Below are positions 29,199-39,346 of a stretch of 58,289 nt of DNA, piece after piece. Under the pieces are notes generated by a model. The model saw only the letters and a list, made by a program, of their open reading frames with translations. It was not told where the DNA came from and made no database searches. The stretch covers positions 29,912 to 88,200 of the forward strand of contig JBBDYD010000136.1 of the NCBI GenBank assembly GCA_040901865.1, in the 5' to 3' direction. Within the stretch, counting starts at the first letter, position 1, and each line of letters opens with the position of its first letter. A program made the position numbers and the translations under genes. Source of the stretch: Bacteroidota bacterium (GTDB taxonomy: Bacteria; Bacteroidota; Ignavibacteria; UBA10030).

Positions 29199-29947
29199 AT
29201 CTCTTCGACCTCAAAGGAAAAACCGCCGTTGTCACAGGCGCCAGCACCGGACTCGGCCGCGCGATGACGCTCGCGCTTGCAGCGTCGGGCGCCGACATTC
29301 TTCTTGTTGACCACTCGAAGAAAGAAGAAACGGCCCGTGAAGTAAGAACCCTGGGCCGCAAGGCAGTTGCGATGGAGGCAGATCTTGCGCGCATGGATTC
29401 GGCAGAGAAGATCGTGGGGAAGGCGATCGTCGAATTCGGAAAGGTCGACATTCTGGTGAACAACGCCGGGATTATCCGCAGGGCTCCAGCGCTGGAATTC
29501 TCTGAACAGGATTGGGATGATGTTCTGGCTGTGAATGCGAAATCGGTTTTCTTTCTGGCCCAGGCGGCCGCGCGTGATATGATGAAGCGGAAATCCGGGA
29601 AGATCATCAACGTTGCATCCCTGCTTTCGTTTCAGGGAGGTATTCTGGTGCCGTCCTATGCTGCGAGCAAAGGCGCTGTCGCACAGCTTACCAAGTCCCT
29701 CGCCAACGAATTGGCCGCGTATGGCATCACGGTAAACGCGATCGCTCCCGGCTATATGGAAACCAACAATACAAAGGCGCTCCGGGAGGATCCGGTTCGC
29801 TCAAAGTCCATCCTCGAACGCATTCCCGCGGGGCGATGGGGCGTCCCTGATGATCTGGGCGGCGCGGTGGTGTTTCTTGCCTCGTCCGCGTCAGACTATG
29901 TCAACGGCCATGTGCTGGTGGTTGACGGCGGATGGATGGCCCGGTAA
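29195..29947 (+). CDS. kduD: 2-dehydro-3-deoxy-D-gluconate 5-dehydrogenase
   Basis: 250 aa SDR. Long collinear identity with E. coli KduD as I recall it (DILVNNAG.IRR..ALEFSE.DWDDV, KIIN.AS.LSFQGGI.VPSY.ASK, RIPAGRWG.P.DL.G..VFLASSASDYVNG....VDGGW.AR). Confidence 0.9.
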   Translation: MNLFDLKGKTAVVTGASTGLGRAMTLALAASGADILLVDHSKKEETAREVRTLGRKAVAMEADLARMDSAEKIVGKAIVEFGKVDILVNNAGIIRRAPALEFSEQDWDDVLAVNAKSVFFLAQAAARDMMKRKSGKIINVASLLSFQGGILVPSYAASKGAVAQLTKSLANELAAYGITVNAIAPGYMETNNTKALREDPVRSKSILERIPAGRWGVPDDLGGAVVFLASSASDYVNGHVLVVDGGWMAR

Positions 29948-29970
29948 CACACTTAACTCAGGACACGTCA

Positions 29971-30804
29971 ATGGAAGTCCGATATCTCCCGAATCAGGAA
30001 GCGTATAAAAGTCTGGAGACCGAGGAATTACGTCGGTCGTTTGTCATGGAAACGTTGTTCCAGCCGAATGCGGTCTCGATGGTGTATTTCGAGACAGACC
30101 GGTCGATCGTCGGCGGTGTGCTGCCGGGTGACGCTCCGTTAAAGCTTCTGCCCACGCGGCAGGAAATGGCATCGGACTATTTTACGGAACGAAGGGAAGT
30201 CGGCATTGTGAATGTCGGCGGCAATGCGGTCGTGCGTGTTGACGATCACGATCACACGCTGCATGGCAACGATATGCTCTACGTCGGGCGTGGAAAAAAG
30301 AAGATCGAATTTCGCAGTCAGGACAATAAGACCCCCGCCGCGCTGTATTTTGTTTCCTATCCGGCCCATGTCGATTATCCCGATACGCTCGTCCAGCACA
30401 GCGAGGCCGAAAAAGTGACCATCGGGTCCGCGGAAGGAGCCAACAAGAGGACGATCAACAAGTACATTCATACGGGCGGCATCAAAAGCTGTCAGCTCGT
30501 GATGGGACTGACGCAGCTGGAATCGGGAAGCATCTGGAACACCATGCCGGCGCATACGCATCAGCGCCGTTCCGAGGTCTATCTGTATTACGCCCTCGGG
30601 CCCGACGATCTGGTGGTTCACCTGATGGGAACGCCGCGGGAAACGCGCAACATTATTCTACGCGATCGACAGGCGGTGATCTCCCCGAGCTGGTCGGTGC
30701 ATTGCGGGGCCGGTACGCGCAACTATTCGTTCGTCTGGGCCATGGGCGGAGAAAACCAGGAGTTCTCCGACATGGATGGCGTACCGATGCCGTCGCTGCT
30801 GTAA
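29971..30804 (+). CDS. kduI: 5-dehydro-4-deoxy-D-glucuronate isomerase
   Basis: 277 aa. RRTINKY, WNTMP.HTH.RR.EVY.Y, AVISPSWS.H.G.GT..Y.F.W.M.GENQ.F.DMD match KduI. Start at MEVRY, preceded by AGGA. Confidence 0.9.
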   Translation: MEVRYLPNQEAYKSLETEELRRSFVMETLFQPNAVSMVYFETDRSIVGGVLPGDAPLKLLPTRQEMASDYFTERREVGIVNVGGNAVVRVDDHDHTLHGNDMLYVGRGKKKIEFRSQDNKTPAALYFVSYPAHVDYPDTLVQHSEAEKVTIGSAEGANKRTINKYIHTGGIKSCQLVMGLTQLESGSIWNTMPAHTHQRRSEVYLYYALGPDDLVVHLMGTPRETRNIILRDRQAVISPSWSVHCGAGTRNYSFVWAMGGENQEFSDMDGVPMPSLL

Positions 30805-30837
30805 GTGATCTCCTGAAGAACTGAAAGAACTCTGGCA

Positions 30838-32139
30838 ATGAAACTGGAACAGTATTCAATAGGAATAGGTGACCGTTTTGGAATGGAATGTGTCGCTCAG
30901 CTCCGCGCGCTTCAAATGGCGGAGTCGCACGGAGTGTCCGTCGTTCCCGTTTGGAACAAATCGAACCGCGAGCACACGATCATCGGAACGATCCCCGGTG
31001 ACGCGCGCCGGGCAGCCGATGTAGCGGTACAATCGTGCGGGTGGACGGCATCCTATTACGTGGACGCCGATCATATCGGCCTAGCGACGGTGGAGAAGTT
31101 CCTTGAGCCGAGTAATTTTTTCACCATCGACGTGGCTGATTTCATCGAAAAACAGGCTTCTGCCGATGTCCTCTCTTCGTTTGTCAAGGACATGAGCCGC
31201 TTTCGGGGTTCGCGGGCCATTCCGGGTGTTGAACGCCCTTTGAGCGTCAGTGACGAATTCCTGGCTGCTGTCGCCGCAAAGTACGCGCTTGCTGTCCGGG
31301 AGGCCGGCAAGGTGTACCGGTTCATAGCTGAACGAAAGGGAGCAGACAATTTCATTGCGGAGATCTCCTGTGACGAAACCAATACCCCGCAGTCACCGGC
31401 GGAACTGTTCTTCATTCTGGCCGCCGTGGCAAAGGAAGGCGTGCCGATCCAGACGATCGCACCGAAGTTCAGCGGATCGTTCCTGAAAGGCGTGGATTAT
31501 GTCGGCGAGCTTCGCCAGTTCAGGCAGGAATTCGAAGACGACCTGGCCGTCGTGGCGCATGCCAGGAGCGTGTTCGATCTTCCGAAGAACCTAAAACTGA
31601 GCATTCATTCCGGAAGCGATAAGTTTTCCTTATACCCCATCATGCACGCGGCGATGAAGAAGTTCGATGCCGGTCTTCACCTGAAGACCGCCGGAACGAC
31701 CTGGCTGGAAGAAGTCATCGGCCTTGGCTCTGCTGGGGGTGACGGGCTTCTCTTTGCAAAGGAAATTTACGCCGAAGCGGTCAAACGCTTCGACGAGCTT
31801 GCGAAGCCATACGCGACGGTCATTCACGTCGATCGGAATGCACTTCCCGACCCGGCCACCGTTGCCCGCTGGAGCCCGACGGAGTTTTCAGAGGCCCTGA
31901 CGCACGATCAAGGCTGCCCGCGCTTCGATGGACAATTCCGCCAGCTCATTCACATTGCCTTCCGGCTTGCGGCGGAGAGGGGAGAACGCTTCCGGGATCT
32001 TCTCCGATTACACCGGGAATCGATCGAAGCGAATGTGACTGGGAATCTCTTCGACCGGCATATCCTTCCATTGTTCCTCGGGGCAACCGCAAAGGACGAA
32101 CGCCTGACAGCTGCAGCAAATCCGGCCGCGACGATATGA
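30838..32139 (+). CDS. uxaE: Tagaturonate/fructuronate epimerase (UxaE family)
   Basis: The GIGDRFG, VDADHI, SCDETNTPQSP, SIHSGSDKFSLYP and HLKTAGTTWLEEV blocks parallel those of Thermotoga maritima UxaE as I recall them. Confidence 0.7.
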   Translation: MKLEQYSIGIGDRFGMECVAQLRALQMAESHGVSVVPVWNKSNREHTIIGTIPGDARRAADVAVQSCGWTASYYVDADHIGLATVEKFLEPSNFFTIDVADFIEKQASADVLSSFVKDMSRFRGSRAIPGVERPLSVSDEFLAAVAAKYALAVREAGKVYRFIAERKGADNFIAEISCDETNTPQSPAELFFILAAVAKEGVPIQTIAPKFSGSFLKGVDYVGELRQFRQEFEDDLAVVAHARSVFDLPKNLKLSIHSGSDKFSLYPIMHAAMKKFDAGLHLKTAGTTWLEEVIGLGSAGGDGLLFAKEIYAEAVKRFDELAKPYATVIHVDRNALPDPATVARWSPTEFSEALTHDQGCPRFDGQFRQLIHIAFRLAAERGERFRDLLRLHRESIEANVTGNLFDRHILPLFLGATAKDERLTAAANPAATI

Positions 32140-33149
32140 TGGGCCATTCACACGCGGGCCGGCTCCAATCAACCCTCCTTCGGCATTCTGTCATTGCATT
32201 GATACTGCTCGTTACCGGACCGGCATGCCGGGGCGTGACCGAGGTGACAGTGCTGAAACTCGCCCACGGACTGGACCGGACCCATCCCGTCCATGTCTCC
32301 ATGGAGCACATGGCCCGGCTTGTTCAGGAACGATCGGTGGGAAGGATGCGCATTGACATCTACCCGAGCGGCCAGCTCGGCACCGAACGCGAATGCCTTG
32401 AGCTTGTCCAGATCGGGAGTCTTGCAATGACAAAGGTCTCTTCAAGCGTCCTGGAAGGATTTGCCCCGTCGTTCAAGGTGTTCAGCCTGCCGTACTTGTT
32501 TCGGGACGAGGAGCATCGGTTCAGGGTCCTGGACGGTGAGATCGGTCAGCGCCTGTTGATGGAAACCGAGCCGTTCCGGCTCCTGGGACTGGTATACCTT
32601 GATGCCGGGAGCCGAAGTTTCTACTCGAAAGACAAGCCGATCCTCACACCGGAAGATCTCCGGGGAATGAAGATACGCGTGCAGGAAAGCGCCACCTCGA
32701 TGAAGATGATCCAGGCGCTCGGCGGGTCCGCCACGCCGATCGCGTGGGGCGAGCTCTACACGGCTCTTCAACAAGGTGTTGTCGACGGCGCCGAGAATAA
32801 TCCCCCGTCGTTCTACACGTCACGTCATTATGAGGTCTGCAAATTCTATTCGTTGAACGAACATACGGCAGTTCCTGATGTCATGATCATCAGTACCGTT
32901 GTTTGGAATTCGCTCACTCCCGAGGAGCAGGGGATTCTACGGCAGGCGGCGAGTGACGCGAAAGAAGTACAAAAAATCCGATGGCGGGAAGCGTCTGCTG
33001 AAGCACTGGCAAGGGTCCAAGAGGCCGGCGTGACCATCTATCATCCTGATCGGACTCTCTTTGCAGAGAAGGTCCGCCCGATGGTCGAGCAATTCAAATC
33101 GGAACCGGCAGTCTACGATCTGATCCTGAAGATCAGAGGTGCACAATGA
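32136..33149 (+). CDS. TRAP transporter substrate-binding protein (DctP family)
   Basis: 337 aa. Signal or lipoprotein-like N-terminus. LKLAH......HP.H......A..V.E.S.G.M.I.IYP..QLG.E and GAENN motifs. Confidence 0.85.
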   Translation: MMGHSHAGRLQSTLLRHSVIALILLVTGPACRGVTEVTVLKLAHGLDRTHPVHVSMEHMARLVQERSVGRMRIDIYPSGQLGTERECLELVQIGSLAMTKVSSSVLEGFAPSFKVFSLPYLFRDEEHRFRVLDGEIGQRLLMETEPFRLLGLVYLDAGSRSFYSKDKPILTPEDLRGMKIRVQESATSMKMIQALGGSATPIAWGELYTALQQGVVDGAENNPPSFYTSRHYEVCKFYSLNEHTAVPDVMIISTVVWNSLTPEEQGILRQAASDAKEVQKIRWREASAEALARVQEAGVTIYHPDRTLFAEKVRPMVEQFKSEPAVYDLILKIRGAQ

Positions 33150-33649
33150 CCCTTGAACGTGTTCGCTCCTCGGTCGACAAGGCAGTTGAGTGGATGCTGA
33201 TTGTCGTATTTGCGACGATGACACTCAACGTGCTCTGGCAGGTATTCACACGGTTTGTACTTGGTGATCCGAGTTCCTATACCGAGGAACTTGCCCGCTA
33301 CCTCCTTGTCTGGTTGGGGTTGCTCGGCGGCGCCTATGCTGTCGGCAAGAAGATGCATCTCGCCATCGACATTGTTCCAACTCTCGTCAAAGGTCGTCGC
33401 CGGCACATGCTCGAGATATTCATTCAATCTTCCATTTTTGTGTTTGCTATCGGCATTGTGCTGTTGGGTGGACTGAACCTCGTCGGATTGACATTGACGC
33501 TGCGGCAGGTTTCCGCGGCCCTTCAGATTCAGCTCGGATATGTCTATCTTGTTCTTCCGGTCAGCGGAGTTCTGATGATGTTTTATTCGGGAACGTACAT
33601 TCTTGAAAGCATTGGGGCCCTCAGGGAGGACCGGCATGGAATGGATTGA
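33146..33649 (+). CDS. TRAP transporter small permease (DctQ family)
   Basis: 167 aa with four hydrophobic helices. W.EEL.RYL.VW...LG...A motif. Lies between the DctP and DctM genes. Confidence 0.85.
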   Translation: MTLERVRSSVDKAVEWMLIVVFATMTLNVLWQVFTRFVLGDPSSYTEELARYLLVWLGLLGGAYAVGKKMHLAIDIVPTLVKGRRRHMLEIFIQSSIFVFAIGIVLLGGLNLVGLTLTLRQVSAALQIQLGYVYLVLPVSGVLMMFYSGTYILESIGALREDRHGMD

Positions 33650-34934
33650 AGTGATTGTCCTGGTTGGCGTCTTCGGCATGCTGATCTCGGCCGGTGTTCC
33701 GATATCGTTCTGCATCGGAATTGCGACCGCGGTCACCATGCTGGTGACGATCATGCCGATGCCTGCCGTTACGACCGTGGCGCAGAGAATGGCAACGGGG
33801 TTGGACAGCTTTGCACTGCTCGCGATCCCGTTCTTTATATTGTCGGGACAATTGATGAACAGAGGGGGAATAGCCCGGCGCCTTATCGAATTTGCAAAAG
33901 TGCTCGTGGGAATGCTCCCCGGTGGTCTGGCCTTTGTCAATATCATGGCAAATATGTTGTTCGGATCGATTTCCGGTTCTGCCGTCGCGGCAGCTTCGGC
34001 CATTGGCGGATTTATGACGCCGTTGATGGATAAGGAGGGATACGACCGCGATTTCAGCGCTGCTGTGAATATTTCCTCGGCGACAACTGGTTTGCTCATC
34101 CCCCCGAGTAATGTTCTAATCGTCTATTCCCTGGCGAGCGGCGGGGTTTCCATCGCCGCGCTGTTTCTCGCAGGCTATATTCCGGGCATTCTCCTTGGAA
34201 TCATGCTCATGAGCGTTGCAGCAGTAATCGCAATTCGCCGAAAGTATCCGGTGGGAGGATTCGTTCCCGTGCGAGAGGCGCTGTTGAAGCTCTTTGATGC
34301 GGTCCCCAGCCTCTTGCTTGTCGTCATCGTCATGGGAGGTATTGTCCTCGGATATTTCACCGCAACGGAGGCATCAGCCATCGCCGTCCTGTACACCTTT
34401 GTTCTCTCCGTGATCGTCTACCGCGAGGTCAAGGTCTCGGAACTTCCGGGAATCCTGCTCTCTGCCGCGTCCACGACAGCCATCGTCATGCTCCTGATCG
34501 GAACTTCCATGGGAATGTCCTGGATCCTGGCCTATACGAACATTCCGCAAAATGTGAGCGCCGCCCTGTTGGGGCTCACGGATAACAAGATCATGATCCT
34601 GCTGATCATCAATCTGATTCTGCTGACCGTCGGAACGTTCATGGACATGACGCCGGCCGTGCTTATTTTTACGCCGATCTTCCTTCCCGTTGCCGTGGGT
34701 CTGGGTATTGACCCGGTTCATTTCGGTATTATCATCGTATTCAATCTCTGTATCGGGCTTTGCACCCCGCCCGTCGGAAGCGTGCTGTTCGTGGGTGCGG
34801 GAATCGCCAATATCACCATCGCAAAGATCATTCGACCGCTCATGCCGATGTTTCTTGCGATGATCGTTTCGCTGCTTATCGTCACCTATGTACCGGATAT
34901 TTCATTATTCGTTCCGAGATTGTTCGGATTCTAA
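33636..34934 (+). CDS. TRAP transporter large permease (DctM family)
   Basis: About 432 aa polytopic membrane protein. Start at MEWIEV, overlapping the dctQ end. Typical DctM blocks (LLAIPFFILSG.LM..GG...RL). Confidence 0.88.
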   Translation: MEWIEVIVLVGVFGMLISAGVPISFCIGIATAVTMLVTIMPMPAVTTVAQRMATGLDSFALLAIPFFILSGQLMNRGGIARRLIEFAKVLVGMLPGGLAFVNIMANMLFGSISGSAVAAASAIGGFMTPLMDKEGYDRDFSAAVNISSATTGLLIPPSNVLIVYSLASGGVSIAALFLAGYIPGILLGIMLMSVAAVIAIRRKYPVGGFVPVREALLKLFDAVPSLLLVVIVMGGIVLGYFTATEASAIAVLYTFVLSVIVYREVKVSELPGILLSAASTTAIVMLLIGTSMGMSWILAYTNIPQNVSAALLGLTDNKIMILLIINLILLTVGTFMDMTPAVLIFTPIFLPVAVGLGIDPVHFGIIIVFNLCIGLCTPPVGSVLFVGAGIANITIAKIIRPLMPMFLAMIVSLLIVTYVPDISLFVPRLFGF

Positions 34935-34952
34935 AAACATCGGGTATCAATC

Positions 34953-35780
34953 GTGAAGCCAATTGGAGAATCGTACGATTTCTCAAACCGCACCGTGGTG
35001 ATCACCGGCGGTACGGGTGTCCTGGGCCGCTCAATGGCTCTGTCACTTTCAGCCTGCGGAGCAAATGTTGCAGTGATTTCGAGAAACCCTTCGAAAGCAT
35101 CAGACCTTCTTGAGCAGGCAAAAAAGACCCGCGGGACGATGAAGGCCTTCGGGGCGGACGTTGTGGACAAGAAGGGCCTTGAGAAGGCGAACGCGGACAT
35201 CCTTGAAGCATTTGGGAAGATCGACTGCCTGATCAATGCAGCTGGGGGCAACAGCCCCATGGCCACGACCAATAACGATCGATCCTTCTTTCAGTTAAGC
35301 GAGCAGGGCCTGCGGGATGTTTCCGATCTCAACCTGCTCGGCACAATCCTGCCCTGCCAGGTGTTCGGTAAGGTGATGGCCGATAACAAAGAAGGCGTGA
35401 TCTTGAATGTGACGTCGGTTGCCGGTCTGCGCCCGCTGACTCGCGTTGCCGGGTACGCGGCCGCCAAAGCGGCGGTCAGTAATTTCACCCGATGGCTCGC
35501 CGTCACCATGGCGCAGGAGTTTTCTCCTGCCATTCGGGTCAATGCCCTGGCTCCCGGATTCTTTCTCACCGAGCAGAATCGGTTTCTACTGACCGATGAA
35601 AAAACGGGAGCGCTCACGGAGCGCGGCCAAAAAATCATCGCCCATACCCCCATGGGACGCTTTGGAAAGCCCGAAGACCTCAACGGCGCCGTTCTCTGGC
35701 TGCTTTCACCAGCATCCGAGTTCGTCACCGGAATTGTGGTGTTTGTCGATGGGGGATTCTCAGCGTATTCAGGCGTCTGA
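34953..35780 (+). CDS. SDR-type D-mannonate oxidoreductase / fructuronate reductase-like
   Basis: 275 aa. TGGTGVLG Rossmann motif, catalytic YAAAK, and the FFLTEQNR loop typical of the SDR UxuB/YjmF-like group. GTG start. Confidence 0.65.
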   Translation: MKPIGESYDFSNRTVVITGGTGVLGRSMALSLSACGANVAVISRNPSKASDLLEQAKKTRGTMKAFGADVVDKKGLEKANADILEAFGKIDCLINAAGGNSPMATTNNDRSFFQLSEQGLRDVSDLNLLGTILPCQVFGKVMADNKEGVILNVTSVAGLRPLTRVAGYAAAKAAVSNFTRWLAVTMAQEFSPAIRVNALAPGFFLTEQNRFLLTDEKTGALTERGQKIIAHTPMGRFGKPEDLNGAVLWLLSPASEFVTGIVVFVDGGFSAYSGV

Positions 35781-35787
35781 TGTCGTT

Positions 35788-36957
35788 ATGCTTAAACAAA
35801 AGCCCGTCATCGTTGTCAACCGCAGCACACCCTTCGCAGCGGAGGTTTTCGCGCATCTCGGTGAAGTGATCGCCCTCGAATCCGCCGAGGTGACGAACAA
35901 GACTGTCCGGGACGCCGATATTCTCATTGTCCGTTCGGAAACCAAAGTCGACAAAACGCTGCTCGAAGGCAGCCGGGTTCGGTTTGTCGGAACCGTCACG
36001 ATCGGAACGGACCACATCGATCGCAGCTACCTGAATTCCAAAGGCATCACCTTCGCCAGCGCTCCGGGCAGTAATGCCAATTCGGTTGCAGAATACGTCG
36101 TAGCCGGACTGCTCACATGGGTCGGCCGGACAGGTCAATCGCTGAAGGGAAAGACGATCGGCATCGTCGGGGTCGGGAACGTAGGGAGCAAAGTGGTGAA
36201 CGTCGTGCTAGCGCTCGGGATGATCCCCCTTCTGAATGATCCGCCGCGGGCCCGGAAGGAATCCGAATCATCCTTTCTTCCGCTCGACGAACTGATGAAT
36301 GCCGATTTCATCACACTGCACGTTCCGCTGGCAACGAGCGGGGATGACGCCACCCTTCATTTGTTCGACAAGCAGCAAATAGGCAAAATGAAGCGCGGGT
36401 CGGTGCTCATCAACACTTCGCGGGGAGCTGTTGTTGAGACTGCCGCACTGCAGAATGCACTTGCCTCCACTCACCTTTCAACCGCCATCCTCGATGTTTG
36501 GGAACACGAACCCGTCATCAACAAGGAACTCCTTGATCGCGTTATGCTCGGTACGCCGCATATCGCCGGCTATTCCCTGGACGGCAAACTAAACGCGCTG
36601 AAAATGGTGTACGAGGACGTTTGCAATTTTTTGGACGTTCAACCGGATTGGTCTGTGGATGCCGGCGCCCCGGAAGGGTCATCCCGCCTTCAGTTGCCTG
36701 CTCATCTGAAGAACGAGATGGCGTTGGCGTTTGCTGTCCGACAAGCGTATGATATTGAACTCGATGATTCCCTGTTGCGGGAAGCATCCGCGATTACCGA
36801 TGGCCGTCCGGGGGAACATTTTATGAACCTGCGGGCCGAGTATCGCATCAGGCGCGAATTTGGCAATTTTGAGGTCCAACTTTATCAGGTCGGGCCTGGT
36901 GCCGTCCTCCAACAACTTGGATTCAGGACGCTCGTACAGGAGACAGCGCGGCTGTGA
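35788..36957 (+). CDS. D-isomer-specific 2-hydroxyacid dehydrogenase, PdxB (4-phosphoerythronate dehydrogenase)-like
   Basis: 389 aa. GIVGVGNVGSKV NAD motif. PdxB-like N-terminal catalytic domain and an extra C-terminal domain. Start placed at the first ATG after the upstream stop. Confidence 0.65.
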   Translation: MLKQKPVIVVNRSTPFAAEVFAHLGEVIALESAEVTNKTVRDADILIVRSETKVDKTLLEGSRVRFVGTVTIGTDHIDRSYLNSKGITFASAPGSNANSVAEYVVAGLLTWVGRTGQSLKGKTIGIVGVGNVGSKVVNVVLALGMIPLLNDPPRARKESESSFLPLDELMNADFITLHVPLATSGDDATLHLFDKQQIGKMKRGSVLINTSRGAVVETAALQNALASTHLSTAILDVWEHEPVINKELLDRVMLGTPHIAGYSLDGKLNALKMVYEDVCNFLDVQPDWSVDAGAPEGSSRLQLPAHLKNEMALAFAVRQAYDIELDDSLLREASAITDGRPGEHFMNLRAEYRIRREFGNFEVQLYQVGPGAVLQQLGFRTLVQETARL

Positions 36958-38222
36958 GTACGATCGGAAAAGGGTCAGCAGAACAAGCGCTTTCAGATTC
37001 TGAGATCAGGGAGATCTGCTCCCTGGCCTTCTCAGCCCCGGTCTTTGAAGGAAAACGGGTTCTCGTTCTTATTCCGGACCACACCCGCCATGCGCGCATT
37101 GACCTGTTCTTTCACATTATCTGTGATCTCCTGATCAAGCGAACGAAGTCGCTGGATTTTCTTATTGCCACCGGCACGCATGCCGATATGGAGCCGGAGA
37201 GGATCTATCGGCATGTAGGGATCACGCAGGCCGAGCATCGGTCGAAGTTCGCGACTGTCCGTTTCTTCAATCATGAGCACCAAAACCCTGCTGCCCTGGC
37301 GGCGATCGGCACAATCCCTGCGGATGAAATCGAACAGGTCACCCGCGGAGTCTTTGCGGAGCCGCTGGAGATCACGGTCAACCGGAAGGTCCTCGAATAT
37401 GATCACGTGATCATCGTTTCGCCGGTTGTACCGCATGAAGCGATGGGGTTCGCAGGTGGAAACAAGTATTTTTTCCCCGGAATTGCAGGACTGAAAGTCA
37501 TTGAGACGTTCCACTGGCTCGGTGCCATACTCACCAATCCGGCTGTCAACGGCGTCAAAGACACGCCCACGCGGCGGCTGATCGAGCGAGCCGCTGAATT
37601 CATATCGACGCCTCGCACCTGTCTGGCGTTTGCCGTCGACGAACGCAACAACCCCCGGTGTTTATTCATCGGAGATCCGAAAGGAGCATGGTCCCGCGCT
37701 GCGGATTATTCTGCAAGCCTTCACATCAGCTATGTCGACAAACCGTATGAAACGGTGCTTGCGATCACCCCGGACCTTTATGAAGAAGTATGGGTGGGAG
37801 GAAAGGCGATGTACAAACTCGAACCAATCGTCGCCGACGGGGGAGAGGTGATTATTTACGGACCGCAGATCAAACAGATCTCGTTTGTCCATGAAAACGA
37901 CATTCGGCGAATCGGCTACCATGTCGTGGAGTATTTCACGAAGCAATGGGAGCGATTCAAGCATGAGCCGAAACTGATCCTGGCGCATTCGACGAACGTT
38001 CGGGGGATCGGAACATTTGCAGACGGGGTCGAGAGGCCTCGCATTAATGTCACGCTTGCCACATCCATTTCGGAGGAGATCTGCAAAAAGGTCAACCTTG
38101 GTTTTCGTGACTATCGCACAATCGACCTTAAGGCGTGGCGGTCAAAGAAGGATAAGAACACGATGGTTGTGGAGAATGCGGGGCAGAATTTATTTCGATT
38201 AAAGAACGGTCAAACACACTGA
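36954..38222 (+). CDS. LarA-like (DUF2088) nickel-pincer-nucleotide-dependent 2-hydroxyacid racemase/epimerase homolog
   Basis: 422 aa. ATGTH (His76) and PHEAMGFAGGNKYFFPGIAGLKVIETFH, with His161, Lys171 and His187 spaced 10 and 16 residues apart. This is the same spacing as His174/Lys184/His200 of L. plantarum LarA. GTGA overlap with the upstream gene. Confidence 0.75.
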   Translation: MSTIGKGSAEQALSDSEIREICSLAFSAPVFEGKRVLVLIPDHTRHARIDLFFHIICDLLIKRTKSLDFLIATGTHADMEPERIYRHVGITQAEHRSKFATVRFFNHEHQNPAALAAIGTIPADEIEQVTRGVFAEPLEITVNRKVLEYDHVIIVSPVVPHEAMGFAGGNKYFFPGIAGLKVIETFHWLGAILTNPAVNGVKDTPTRRLIERAAEFISTPRTCLAFAVDERNNPRCLFIGDPKGAWSRAADYSASLHISYVDKPYETVLAITPDLYEEVWVGGKAMYKLEPIVADGGEVIIYGPQIKQISFVHENDIRRIGYHVVEYFTKQWERFKHEPKLILAHSTNVRGIGTFADGVERPRINVTLATSISEEICKKVNLGFRDYRTIDLKAWRSKKDKNTMVVENAGQNLFRLKNGQTH

Positions 38223-38261
38223 CCGGGCGGTTTTCGACGACTGATTTCTAAAGGAGCTATA

Positions 38262-39344
38262 ATGAGTAACGATCTGAAGATCCCAAGTACCGGAGCCCTT
38301 GATTTTGTTTCTCTGGGAGCTCTTGTCCACCGTCTGGATCCCGGGATCATACCGTTCCGCAAGGCAAGTTCCTGTTCGATTCACGTCAGTGGAGGCGAAT
38401 TCAACGCGGCGGCGAACCTCGCAGACTGCTTTCGAATGAACACAGGGATCGCAACCGCCATGGTTGATTATCCGATCGGTGATCTGATTGCCGAACGGGT
38501 GCGGGCAATGGGAGTGAAGCCGTTCTACAAGCATTTCAAGCACAATGGCGTGACCGGGCCGAACATGGCGACGGTGTATAGCGACCGAGGGCATGGTGTT
38601 CGGGGTCCTGTGGTGTTTTACAACCGAAGCAACGAAGCGGCGGCGCAGTTGAAACCGGGTGATTTCGACTGGAAAACCATATTCGCGGGTGGTGTGCGAT
38701 GGTTTCACAGCGGCGGGATCTTCGCGGCCCTGTCGGAATCAACGGGCGAAGTGATCGTTGAGGGCATGAAGGCGGCCAAGAAGGCCGGTGCGATCGTGAG
38801 CTTCGATCTCAACTTCCGCGAAAAACTCTGGAACCTTTGGGGCGGACAGAAAAAAGCCGTGGAAGTGATAGCGAAAATCGTGGAACATTGTGACGTGCTC
38901 GTGGGAAACGAGGAGGATCTGCAAAAAGGCCTCGGCATTGCCGGGCCCGAAGTGGAAGCGAAATCCAAACTCGATCCCGGCACGTTCTTCGGGATGATTG
39001 GCAAAGTGACGGCAAAATATCCGCAGGTCAAAGTCGTAGCGACAACTTTGCGGGAAGTGCACTTGACGAATCATCACAGCTGGAGTGCCGTGGCCTGGGT
39101 TGACGGGAAAACCTATTCAGCACCTACCGCAGAACTCGACGTCATAGACCGGGTCGGCGGAGGAGACGGATTTGCGAGCGGATTCTTCTACGGCTTGCTG
39201 GCTGGAGAATCCCCGGAAGAAGCAGTGAAACTCGGATGGGCGCACGGAGCACTTCTCACCACGTTTCCCGGCGACACAACAATGTCCACCGTCGAACAAG
39301 TCCGCGCCTTTGCAAAAGGCGGCTCTGCGAGAATACAGAGGTAG
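38262..39344 (+). CDS. kdgK: PfkB family sugar kinase, probable 2-dehydro-3-deoxygluconokinase
   Basis: 360 aa. GGEFN.A, a C-terminal DRVGGGDGFASGF ATP/anion-hole motif, and the hexuronate operon context. Confidence 0.7.
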   Translation: MSNDLKIPSTGALDFVSLGALVHRLDPGIIPFRKASSCSIHVSGGEFNAAANLADCFRMNTGIATAMVDYPIGDLIAERVRAMGVKPFYKHFKHNGVTGPNMATVYSDRGHGVRGPVVFYNRSNEAAAQLKPGDFDWKTIFAGGVRWFHSGGIFAALSESTGEVIVEGMKAAKKAGAIVSFDLNFREKLWNLWGGQKKAVEVIAKIVEHCDVLVGNEEDLQKGLGIAGPEVEAKSKLDPGTFFGMIGKVTAKYPQVKVVATTLREVHLTNHHSWSAVAWVDGKTYSAPTAELDVIDRVGGGDGFASGFFYGLLAGESPEEAVKLGWAHGALLTTFPGDTTMSTVEQVRAFAKGGSARIQR

Positions 39345-39346
39345 GA

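Noticed and set aside
33113-34099. 328-aa minus-strand ORF
   Set aside because: Antisense to the TRAP dctQ/dctM genes, which have clear membrane-protein signatures.
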